From Amoebidium appalachense (taxonomy: Eukaryota; Protista; Ichthyosporea), in NCBI GenBank assembly GCA_963693365.1, contig CAVNZM010000014.1, positions 4,402,001 to 4,466,000 of the forward strand: a stretch of 64,000 nt of DNA, in the 5' to 3' direction. The position numbers and the translations under genes are program-made. This document shows positions 1 through 12,707 of this stretch, one piece after another; position 1 is the first letter of the stretch, and each line of letters begins with the position of its first letter. The notes under the pieces were generated by a model that saw only the letters and a list, made by a program, of their open reading frames with translations, had not been told where the DNA came from and searched no databases.

Positions 1-167
1 GTACACAGTTGCTCCCATGCATGCATGCACCTAGTGCTGATACATGCAAGCACAGACCTGGCACGTGCATGATATAATGATATGGAAGGCACCACACACT
101 TCAACGGCACCATGTACCTGTATATGCCAAGGCACCATATATATGCATGCACACTTGATAAGCCATC

Positions 168-773
168 ATGCACAAATATGATACCATGCACAAATATGAT
201 ACCATGCACAAAGATAATACCATTCACAAATATGATACCATTCACAAATATGATACCATATGCATTCACAAATATGATACCATTCACACATATGATACCA
301 TGCACAAATATGATACCATTCACAAATATGATACCATTCACAAACACGATACCATTCACAAATACGATACCAGTCACAACTATAATACCATTCACAAATA
401 TGATACCATTGATAGCATCCACAAATATGATACCATGCACAAATATGATACCATGCACAAATATTACACCATGCACAAATATGCTACCATGTACAAATAT
501 GCTACCATTCACAAATACGAGCAGCGCAGTCACAACTATGATACCATTCACAAATATGATACCATGCACAAATATGATACCATGCACAAATATGATACCA
601 TGCACAAGTATTACACCATGCACAAAGATGCTACCATGCACAAATATGCTACCATTCACAAATATGCTACCATGCACAAATATGAGACCATGCACAAATT
701 TGATGCCATTCACAAATATGATGCCATTCACAAATATGATACCATGCACAAACATGATACCATGCACATATGA
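168..773. repeat. 18-bp minisatellite (consensus ACCATGCACAAATATGAT), about 30 degenerate copies, probably in an intron of the tyrosine kinase gene
   Basis: Direct tandem units are visible. The periodic ORFs (MIPCTN)n and (MHKYDT)n are by-products of a stop-free 18-mer. Confidence 0.95.
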
Positions 774-824
774 GAGGCACCATGCCCGACATCTTCTTTC
801 TAACGTCCCCTCCCCCCCCTCCAG

Positions 825-1996
825 GCTGTGTATGAGTTGATGACGCAGTGCTGGCTGTATGCACCCCCCCCGGCGGCCCAGCATGCACTCTGTGGCCCAG
901 AGGGCGGGCACTCTGTTTGCAGCCGTCTGCCACCAGCCCGTCACCACCGTGGTAGGCCCCAGATTGCACTGGCTACATATAGGCCCCAGATTGCACTGGC
1001 TACATATAGATTGTGTGTAACTATTGTGTTAAACTTTTTTGGAGTGCCCATGTGCGGTGCAACTTGGCACATGCCGTTGGCACATTGCCACGTGTTCTGG
1101 GCCCTGGTGGAACGCACAATCCACACGGCGCTGGCAGGCAGCCGTACTGTTGTCAAGAGGGCACGCTAATTGGTTTACTACGTATACCAGGTTGGACCCA
1201 GGGCCTAGCTATGCATAGCGGGCAGCATGACAAATATCTGTTGCCATACACTGTGGGGTGTCTGACGTGAACCGCGCAGGTTGTTGATGGGGATGTGCAG
1301 CTGAGGGCTGCAGCAGAGGACATGGGATATGTCGAGACCGTGCCTAGTGATACCCAGGTGTGTCTTAACCGGGCCCATACATGCCACGCCATCACACACA
1401 CATACACACACACACACATACACACACACATACATACACATACATACACACATACATACACACACACATACATACACATACATACACACATACATACACA
1501 CACACATACATACACATACACACATACATACACACATACATACACACATACATACACACATACATACACACATACATACACACATACATACACACATACA
1601 TACACACACACACACACACATACGTACTATGTTCACTTTGTAAACGGGCACTCTAATCGACCGTAACACGAGCACATACAGGGGTAAGGGAGCAGACACA
1701 CAAACTTGACACATCACCAAACCCTCCTTTAGTACCCACCACCCCGTACCTCCCCCAACACCAACCATTATCAACAACCTCCCCCCCCTCACCCTCCCCC
1801 CAGCCCCCACACACACCCTTCCCCCCCCCCCCCCCCCCCCCCCTCCCCCCCCCCCCCCCCCCCCTCTCCCCCCCTTCAGGCCACCCCACCGACCAGCCCT
1901 GGGTCGACCTACATAGCCCCTGATGGCTACACCCACGTGCGCCCACTGCCGCCTACCCCCCTACCCACCCATGGGGGCTACGACCAACCACAGTGA
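825..1996 (+). CDS. Protein tyrosine kinase, last three exons (825-951, 1280-1357, 1880-1996); 5' part lies outside the window
   Basis: Exon 825-951 reads AVYELMTQCWLYAPP-RRPSMHSVAQR, matching kinase subdomain XI (YELMxxCWxxxPxxRP); it needs a 1-nt correction in the C8 run at 864-871. All exons have AG/GT boundaries in phase. The tail is ...MGYVETVP...STYIAPDGYTHVRPLPPTPLPTHGGYDQPQ*. Confidence 0.75.
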
Positions 1997-2313
1997 ACCG
2001 CTGGATGTGCACGTGCACACCCATGGCCTGTGTGGCTGTGTGTCCGTGCTATCGCCTGGGCAGACTGGCCAAGGGCACTAGATTGCGTACCTGTGCCTAG
2101 TTTATTGAAACAATGCCGCAATAAAATACTAAAAATAAAAATGCCGTGGTGCTGCATACGTGCATGGGCCCTATTTGGGCAGGGCCATAAACTAAATGTT
2201 TGCTGGTGTGTTCTTTCGTGCATAGCTGGGCCCTGTTGTGGTTTCAGGTGCCCACTTTCATGCATATGGTGCCGTGCATGTTCCCCTCAGAGTCTACTAG
2301 AAGCTACCAGAAG

Positions 2314-2763
2314 CTACCAGAAACGGGACCTACGGCGGGACGACTTTGTGCTGTTTGTGCGAGGAATGTCCTGAGCGGCTTTGAGGCTTTCATCCACTCC
2401 CGCTATCAGCACGGGGCTGAGTGCAACGTTGGCTAGCGTGGCCTGTGGGGGTGCAACGTGTAAGCGCACGTGTGTACACGTGTGCATGTGCACGTGCAGG
2501 CACACGGCCAGCGATAGTGGTTGCATGGCCAAGGGTGTGCACGTGCAAACAGGCACACGGCAAGCAGGCAAGCATAATGTGTCTAAACAGGCATGCTTTG
2601 AATCATAGCCACACACGCAGACAAATGCTCACTCATTCACCCACAAATGCACATGCACACGCACATGCACATGCACCCACACCACACCCACGTACGCCCA
2701 CAAACACTCGCACAAGCTTGTTGCACACACACACAACCCCAAGCACGTGTACCCCCCTCCCCC

Positions 2764-2794
<31 letters not shown>

Positions 2795-3134
2795 ACAACT
2801 TACCAGGCCCACGGCCAGCAGGCCGACCTTATTTGGAAAGTCATGTGACCCGCCGCCCCTGTCCTTGTCCTTCTCCTGCACCCCCTCCCCCAGTCAGCAC
2901 AAGTCCATACCCCCACAGAAGTCAAGGCTATGCCCAGCAACCCCCCCCCCCCCCCCTTCCTCCTCCGCAAATCCCCAATGGCACACACACACATGTCCCC
3001 CTGCCCTACCCCCCAAAAAGTTCATCCGAAGTTACACATCGTGTTCTCCCTCATTGCCCGGGCCTGGCGAACGGACATATTGGGCCCCCTCCTCCGCCTC
3101 CACCTCCGGTCAGCATACATCCAAAATGTACACA

Positions 3135-3172
<38 letters not shown>

Positions 3173-3971
3173 AGCCAGCACATTCCAAGCACAGCACCAT
3201 TCCCCGTGAGCACCACCCCCGTCTCGTGTCCTCCTCTCATGAGGTTACATGTACAGCCGCCCCCCCTCCCCCCTCCCCCATGTGGCCCTTACAAGCAAAC
3301 CCAGCCCCCCCCCCCCCCCCCCCCTCCCCCCCCTGGGGGCCCATGGGCCCGTGCTTACCTTATCGGGCACATCGACCACGCCAGCGGACTCACTGACATC
3401 CAGCGACACCACACTGCTGTTGTTGTGTGCCCCTGCTGACGTGGGCCCTGGGGGGGGCAGGCTGGATGTGCCCCCACTGTTCACACTGCCCTCCTCCCCT
3501 GATATGTGCAACCTGCATGCGCCCAGAAAACAGTCAGCCATCAACATCCTCCAATCCCCCCCCCCCCCCCCTTCCCCAAAAAAAAAAGGAAGAAGAAGAA
3601 GGAAAGAAAAAGGGTGCGGGCACCTACCCTGATGTTGTTGGCCTGGTCTCCAGCCCGTTGAGGTCGTGCTGCAGGGCAGACTGTGTGTGAGCACAAACAC
3701 ATGACCCCCACAGAAGCAAACAAGGATGATTGGCAAAAAAAAAAAAAAAAAAAGGCAACGTCACGAAAAAGGGTCGGAACCCAAGACCCAGGTTGCTGGT
3801 TGGGCCTTGGACTTTGCAAAGGTGGCACGTGCACAGTGTGTGTGTGCCGGGGGGCAACAGTTCCCTCTGTGTGTGTGCATGCATGGCCCGGAGAGTCCAC
3901 GTGGCATGCCCGTCCATGCACGTGTGTGTGTGTGTGTCTGTTGGAGGGGGAAGGGGGGGGGGGGAGGGGGG

Positions 3972-4041
<70 letters not shown>

Positions 4042-4135
4042 GAAAGCGGTAAGTGTATGCGCGTTTGAGCTTGTATGCTCGTGTGTGTGCGCATCTTGCT
4101 GCACGTGTGCATGTTTTTGTGTGCATGTGCCTGTC

Positions 4136-4177
<42 letters not shown>

Positions 4178-4801
4178 TGTGCATGCTGCACGTGTATCCG
4201 TGTGCATGGTGCACGTGGCTGTGTGTCCTGTGTTGTTTCACGTGCAGGAACCCACCTCCTTTTTCCTCTTTGTGGGCTTCTTGGGGTTCTTTTGGATCAC
4301 CGTGGATAGTGACTGCCGTACCTGCAGGGGAGAGGGGGGTGTTAGAATGCAGGCCAGACACGAACACGTGTAGATTTTATTTGTGTGCAAATACACTGCA
4401 CACCACACCATGGGCAGACATTCTTTGTTGCGTACAGGCACAGCAACACACACATACCTGCACACAAAGCACACAATCACGTAACAAAAGCACACAAGCA
4501 CACAGGCACACACATACGGGTACAACCCCCCCCCCCCCCCCCCCCCGCCCCTTCCTCCACAGACACACCCACACACACACACACCGCACCCACACCCACA
4601 CCAGCACCCGCATCCCCACCCCCACACACGCACACACGCACACACGCACACACGCACACACGCACACACACACACGTACGGCTGGGGGTATGTCGACCAA
4701 GCGTGAGTTGACCTCATCATACACCCCCGAGTCCAGCATCTCCTGCTGCCACGCCTTGCTGATCGTCACGTCAAACCCCTCGTACTGCCCCACATGTCAG
4801 C

Positions 4802-4832
<31 letters not shown>

Positions 4833-5189
4833 GCGCCAAAAAAAAACAAAAAAAAAACAAAAAACAAAAAAAAAACACCCCGCTTATCAACCCACCATCA
4901 CCACCTTCCATTATCCCCCACCACAGAAAACCAGCACAGCATGGCCCCTTAGCATATCAGCACAGCATGCCCCCCCCCCCCCCCCCCCCCCCCCTCCCCC
5001 CCCCCCTTACCAGCACACCAGCCCCCTCCCCTCCCCCCTCCCCCCCAAATATGAGCACACAAGCCCCCCCCCCCCCTCCCCCCCCCCCCCCCCCCCCCCC
5101 CCATATGAGCACACCAGCCCCCTCCCCCCCCCCCCCCCCCCCTCCCCCACATATGAGCACACCAGCCTCCCTCAACATGAGCACACCAG

Positions 5190-5238
<49 letters not shown>

Positions 5239-5476
5239 ATATGAGCACACCAGTCCCCCTCTCCCTTCCTCCCCCCCCCCCCCTTGTCCCCATCCCCACC
5301 ACCCTCTCTCCCCCTCCCCTCCCCATGAGCACCCCACAGCATCTCCAGCTATCACCTTTCTCTGGTCGTCCTCTGTCAGCACCACATCTGCGTGCTGCTC
5401 GAGTTTCTTGTCCATGTGCTTGAGCTGGTCCGTGGTGTTGTCCACGTACAGCTCCTTCTTCTGCAGCCACACGTGT

Positions 5477-5524
<48 letters not shown>

Positions 5525-6807
5525 CGCGCGCGCGTGTACGTGTGTGTGTGTGTGTGTGTGTGTAGCTGTGTGCGGGTGTGTGTGTGTGCGCGCGCGTGTA
5601 TGTGTGTTGCACGTTGCACATGCTTGTGTGTGTCTTGCATGTGTACGAAGGTGGAGTCGTGTATGCGTCCATAGATGTGTGCATGTGCGGATGTGCATAT
5701 GCATGATGTGTACTTGTGTCTGTGTGCATATGTGCTTGTATGTCTCAGCGTGTGGGTGCATGTGCATGTGCGCATATATGCATGGACAGGTACGTGTACA
5801 CATGATTGTCTGCCTGCGGTATGTGTGGTAGTATATGCATGCATGTGTGGAGTATGTGTGCATGTTTGTACGTGCATGGGTGGGGCAGTACATACCTGGG
5901 GCACGAATGGGGCCTGTATCTTCTTGGCCCTTATCAGGGTCCATGACATCCCGGCAAAGTAGGGGTGCTGCTTGATGGGCTTAGGCCCCTTCATGCCCAG
6001 CCGGTTGTCCTGCACTGGGTCTAGCAGCTGCGGCCACATGCATTGGTCAACACCACTCTGCCTGCCTGCCCACCCTTGCAACCCGCAGCCCACCCGTAAC
6101 CTGGAGCATGCAAGCGCCGACCTACACACCCACAACCACACACAGACCCACACCCCCATCCACCCACCGCCCCACCACTTCAACACACACCATCCACGCA
6201 CCCCCCATCCACTACCGCCACCACCACACACCCATTCCCTCCCCCCCCCCCCAAAAAAAAACGCCCAACACACACCCACACACCTTCTGCAGCAGGTCCT
6301 TAGCCTCTGTTGAGAAGCCCAACGACCAATCAATGTCACCTTTCATGGCCTTCTCCTTGATCTGCTCTTTGGTCACCTTGCGGTCCTTGCGGAACGGCGT
6401 CTGTGCGGCCATGCACAAATGCACACATGCACACAAACACACATATGCACACACACACACATACATGCACCCACATGCATACACATACATATGCACGCGC
6501 ACAGAGAGAGAGAGGTGGAACATGAGAAATAAGAGGGTGGAAAAGGGGAAAAAAAAACACACACAAAACACACACACACACGAACAAACACACACACACA
6601 CACACATTAGCACACCGGTCAGCCCGCTGCCCTCCCCTCCCCCCCCCTCCCCCTCCCCCCTTTTTTTTTGCCTGGACCTACCCTGCCGGTCAGCATTTCA
6701 TAGAGGGTGCATCCATAGCTGAAATAGTCCACCCACAGCCCGTACGGCTCACCGTTCATCACCTCGGGCGCTGCAGCAAGGCCCCTGTCAGTATGCCTGC
6801 CGATTGT

Positions 6808-6849
<42 letters not shown>

Positions 6850-7291
6850 AACCACCACCACCACCAACCCCCCCAAGCATCCACAAAAAAGCGACTCGTG
6901 TACCCAAACACATCCACGCGCACACACGACCCTCCGATCCCACGACACCACACACAGACACCTACACTTGCAACCATACCCAAGAGCACACCGCCACCCC
7001 CTAACCCCCATGCCCACCCACATCACCACCCCCTAAACCCCCACACCCCAGCAGCAGGCCACCCCCCCCCTTCTCTCTCATCCCCCCCTCACGTACCCAT
7101 GTAACCCAGGGTGCCGCTCTCCGACTCCTTGAGTTTGCCCTGCTCCAGCCTGCATGCCAGCCCAAGGTCCGAGATCCGGCAGTGCCCTGCACGTGCCATA
7201 TGTCAGAAAAACAAAATGCTGGCACCCAAGCCAGACACACACAAAGCCTACACTCCCACCCACAGCTGTCAGATACCTCTCCCCCTTTCCC

Positions 7292-7325
<34 letters not shown>

Positions 7326-7415
7326 CCATCATCACCACCACTCACCCACCCACCCACCCACCCACCCAGCCAGTCAGCCAGCCAGCGCCACACACACACA
7401 CACACACACGCACAG

Positions 7416-7447
<32 letters not shown>

Positions 7448-7890
7448 GTGCGCCCATGCACCTTACCTCCCCCCTCCCCTCCCCCTCCCCCCCCCTCCCC
7501 CCTCACCCACCTACCTTGACTGTCCAGCAGCACGTTTGATGGTTTCAAATCCCTGCGCCCCCCTGTCAGTCCACCATGCACGTGCACAGCACACACACAC
7601 ACACAATGGTGAGCACAAAATCATACACAAATACTCAAACCTCATGCTTTGCAATGCAACCACCAGCGTGCATACACTTAGAGCACCCACACAACCAGCC
7701 CCCCCCCCCTTCCCCCCGTTCCCCTTAAACTCTTCTCTATACCTCCCCCGCCCTACCAAACCTCACCCCACTTTCCCAACCCACCACCCCCCAACCATCA
7801 TCCACCATCCCAACCGGAAGACAAAGCCCACCTCACGAACGCACACGCACGCACACACACACACACGCGCACACGCACACACGCACACAC

Positions 7891-7973
<83 letters not shown>

Positions 7974-9468
7974 GTAGAGGATACTGAGTGCATGCAGGTG
8001 CTCCAAGCCCAGCAGTATCTCCATGGCATAGAACCGAGCACGGTCGTCGGCAAACCGCCGCTGGGCGGCAATGTGGTAGGCAAGGTCCCCCCCATTCATC
8101 AGGTCCATCACGAGCACGAGCTCATCTGCATGCGTGCCTGTCAGCACGTGCACACACACACACACACACACGTTTATTTTTTAAAACACATACACACACC
8201 CGTACATGAACACACATAGACACACACACACACACACGTACAGACACGTACACGTACACACACGTACAGACACACGTACACGCACACACGTACAGACACA
8301 CGTACACGTACACACACCTACAGACATACGTACACGTACACACACACGTACAGGCACACGTACACGTACACACACACGTACAGGCACACGTACACGTACA
8401 CACACACACACGTACACGTGCAGACAGGGGGGCATGGACTCACCATGTGTCTGGAATGCATACTTGAGGCACAGGACAAAGGGGCTGTCACAGAGGGCCA
8501 GGGCCTTGCGTTCAGTCCATGCATAGACCTCCCTCTTGCGGGCCTTGAGGTGGCTCTTGCTGAGGTACTTGGCTGCATACATGCTGCCCGTGTCTCGCTT
8601 CTGCACTGCATACACCTGCAAACACACACACACAGGCGTGAGTCCCGTGGTGGGCCAGTGCACGTGTGTGGTTGTGCCGTAGCGTGCGTATGCATGTGCA
8701 CGTGCAGCAATGAGTGTGTGTGTGTGCGCATGTGCTTTCAATGTTGGTGTGTGTGTGTGTGTGCAGGCAATGTGTGCGTCCATGTGCAGGCAATGTGTGT
8801 GTGTGCAGCCAATGTGTGTGTGTGCACGTGCAGCCAATGTGTGTGTGCATGCGCAGGAATTGCGTGTTTGCATGCGCAAGCAGTGTGCATGCACGTGGAT
8901 CTTCGTGCGTGCAAGGTGCCTGTGCCTGCATGCTCACCCACCTTTCCAAATGCGCCGACCCCGACACAGCATATGGTGTCAAAGTCGTCCTTTGTGATGC
9001 GCACTGACAGCTCCACATGTCTCCACTTGAGGTACCGCTGGTAACACACACCGCGGCAGAACGCAGGGTAGATCTACGCCCCACGCCTCCCGCCGTTAGC
9101 TCCCCATTCCAACCCCCCCCCCCCCCCCCCCCAAGAAATGAGCACACACACCTCCTTCAATGCCTGCAGGTTTGCCTGTGTGGCTTCAGAAAACAGTGAC
9201 GGGTTGCCTCGTACCTCCCCCCGCCGACTCTCTGCAACCCCACATTATCAGCCTATGCCCACATCCCCCCCCCCCCCCCCCCCCCTCCCCCCGGCCCGTC
9301 CGTCCCCCCCCCCTCCCCCCGGCACGTCCGTAATTCTCTCCCTCCCCCCCCCCCCCCCCCCCCCCACCCTCCCCCCAAAAAAACAAAAAAAACATACACA
9401 CGCACACGCACACACGCACCCACCCACCCACGCACCCACCCACGCACGCACCCACCCACCCACCCACC

Positions 9469-9518
<50 letters not shown>

Positions 9519-9786
9519 CACACTCCTCCCCCCTCACCCCCCCCCTCCCCCCTCGGGCACGTACAGTGACTGCAGGTCAGCATCCAGGGCCTGCCATGTC
9601 GCCTGCAGACAAAAAGGTTAATATTCTGGCACCGGTTTGTGTGGCTCAACCAAACACCAACCTCACATTGATCACAAAACCTCACTCTTTACTCTCTATG
9701 TAGCTTGGTTTATATGTGTGCAGACTATTTGCTCCACACACATCCCCCCCAGCCCCTCCCCCTCCCCCCCCGCCCTCCCAAACCTC

Positions 9787-9824
<38 letters not shown>

Positions 9825-9860
9825 ACCCCTCCTCCCCCCAGCCTTACCACCAAAAAAAAC

Positions 9861-9891
<31 letters not shown>

Positions 9892-10129
9892 ACAACACCC
9901 CTCACCCCTCCTGCACAAACACAAACCCCAATCCCACTCACACCACACGTGTGTCCCACACACACATACACATACACACGCACACGTCCTTTACTATGGA
10001 AATCATCCGAACACAAACACACAACACCGCACCAACCACAAGGTGTGTCAAGGAGACCATGAAAAGAAATAGGTAGGTTGTCGTGCAGAACACTGGTTGA
10101 GAAAGAAGTAGCCAGCATATCATGTAACA

Positions 10130-10163
<34 letters not shown>

Positions 10164-10222
10164 GGGGGGAGGGGGGGGGGGGGGGGGGATGGGGGATGAT
10201 AGGGGAAGAACATGTCGTGTAT

Positions 10223-10308
<86 letters not shown>

Positions 10309-10326
10309 TTGTGGGTGTTCGTGTGT

Positions 10327-10423
<97 letters not shown>

Positions 10424-10792
10424 TGTGTGTGTATGCATGTGTATGTGCATGTGTGTGTGCGTGTAAGTCTGTCGACGTGTATGTGTGTGTTTGTGCACAC
10501 ACGCACAGTGCGGTTCACTCTACCTCGGATATGAGCATATCCTTTGGGCCTGTGCCCTTTGCCAGCACCAGGATGCTGCGTGCTGACGACACCTTCGGAT
10601 ACAACTGCAAGCCCAAGGCCCCAATCAGCACATGTGAAATGCAACCATATCTGGCAACAGGAGAGAGGGGGAAAGCCGGGGTGTGGAATGACCTGCACAT
10701 GCCTGCACCACAGTATGCCATGTGAAAGGATACTGCTTGCACTGCCAGCACATGTGTGCAGTATGCACGCGCAGTGGCACGAGCTCTCGTGT

Positions 10793-10823
<31 letters not shown>

Positions 10824-11257
10824 GGGGGGGGAGGGGGGGGGGGGGGGGGGGAGGGAGGGGGGAGACGGAGGAAGGGTAGGGCCGGTGTGGAGCTGAGAAT
10901 GAAGGTGAGGAGTTTGGGTGTGTGTACACACATGTATATTAATGTTTAGTCTGGTAGCACGTGCATGCATGTGGATGTTTGACCATGCACTGCTCGTGGA
11001 TGTTGTGACCATGCACGTGTATGCCCACCTGTGTTTCTACCCACGTGCATGCATGTGTGTGTTCACCTTCCATGTGCATCTGTGTGTGTGGCCATGCACC
11101 TGCATGCTAGTCTGTGTGTGTGATCATGCCCGTGCATGCATGTGCCCTTCACCTTGTACTCCTTCACATCCTCGTACATCTGGATCCTGCGCTTGAGCAT
11201 GGGGTCCATCTGGCAAAACTCCTTGACCTCCTCGTACCTGCACACACCGTCAGAACC

Positions 11258-11342
<85 letters not shown>

Positions 11343-11386
11343 TGCTCTCAGCCACACATGCAGGCTGTGTGTGTGTTTTTTTTTTT

Positions 11387-11425
<39 letters not shown>

Positions 11426-11457
11426 AGGCCACGGTGTGTGCTCAGCAGCATTCAGGT

Positions 11458-11504
<47 letters not shown>

Positions 11505-12055
11505 TTGTATGCGTGGGCTTGAGTCCTCAGCTATACACCTGCAGGCTCTGTGTGTGTCTGTGTCCTGCTTGGGCTTGTGTGTGTCCGGCAGCATGCATGC
11601 AGGGTGTGTATGTGTGTGTGTGTGTGTGTGTGTGTCACGCACACACGGACGGGTTCCCCACGAGCCTAATCGGGAACATTCATACCGACCTATCGCCCCT
11701 CGTCCCTCCCACATACTCCTTCCCCCCCCCCCCCCCCGGTACCAAAAAATGGTACGCCCAGCATAGACTCATACATTCTCTTGCACACGCGTGGACACAA
11801 GACTCACTTGAACACACCCGGGTATATGCACATACACCACCCATGCAAGTGCACACCCACGGACATATGTCCTCACACACACACACACACACCACCCTTG
11901 AAGCACATGGTCCACACCCACCCCAGCACATGCAGCAAAAGGGGCAAAGGCAAACAGGCAGAAAGGGTAGTCAGGAACAAAAAGGGGCAGAGAGCACAAC
12001 AGATGTGTGTGTGTGTGGAGGGTAGTATGTAGACGGAGGGGTGAGAGCCGCCGGG

Positions 12056-12090
<35 letters not shown>

Positions 12091-12707
12091 ATTGCATGTG
12101 GTATATAGCACCGACACCTCTACACACACTTACCCGAGGGGCTCTGAGAAGACATATTCGAACCTGTTCTGGCCCTTTCTCTCGATGATCTCCAGTGACC
12201 TGTCCATACATTTTAGCATCTTCCCCCCTCTCCCCCTCCCCCCCTCCCCCCTCCCCCTCCCCCCACCCACTTCTCCGGTGCCCCCACAGTCCCGTATTAA
12301 CGGCAGATTGATGCCAGTAGTAGAGTGAATGGTGAGCACAGCAACCTCACTATCAGATGAAAAAGAGGTGCAGAGGCTGGGGGAAACATGTGTTTGTCTG
12401 TAAACGGGGGATGGCCGGGGAAGGTGGGGAGGAGGATATAGGTGTGTGCCTAGCCACAGCAGAGTCCCCTCTCTCACCAGAGAGCATCCTATGAACCCAG
12501 AACCGCCCCACAGCAGGGCACTTACTTTCGCGCTTCCGTTATATGTGGCAGCACTATGTCTTTGGTTCGTTTCTTCTGGCCTGTGTGTAAAATCCTAGTC
12601 AGATCCATGCAACCCATCCAACCGCCAAAACCTCAAATAAAACAGCACGCACCTGACATGGCCATAATATAGTTCTGGTTGGCAATGAGCTCCTCGACTT
12701 CGAACAT
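2314..12707 (-). CDS. GRK: G protein-coupled receptor kinase (GRK2/3-like RH and kinase domains, no PH domain), about 22 exons
   Basis: Exons in order: 12707-12653 [18 protein letters not shown] (GRK alphaN helix); 12580-12526 KDIVLPHI; 12199-12134 [10 protein letters not shown]; 11237-11153 [17 protein letters not shown] (RH domain); 10604-10524; 9602-9565; ~9228-9152; 9073-8942 [16 protein letters not shown]; 8615-8444 [29 protein letters not shown]; 8125-7972 [15 protein letters not shown]; 7552-7515 [10 protein letters not shown]; 7186-7097 [14 protein letters not shown]; 6770-6682 APEV; 6400-6284; 6027-5896 APFVP; 5460-5356; 4784-4680 ISKAWQQEM; then low-complexity tail exons ending SSRRRSRFW* at 2314. 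The DLG motif (not DFG) is GRK-typical. Tail exons are less certain. Confidence 0.92.
5010..5340. repeat. Intronic interrupted tandem repeat: ATATGAGCACACCAGC motif repeated about 7 times, separated by poly-C tracts of variable length
   Basis: The motif recurs near 5050, 5103, 5151, 5177, 5240 and 5325, between C homopolymers. Confidence 0.8.

Noticed and set aside
864-871. Frameshift in the tyrosine kinase exon (programmed frameshift or pseudogene?)
   Set aside because: It falls in a C8 homopolymer. Similar 1-nt indels occur in two other genes, which points to long-read consensus error.
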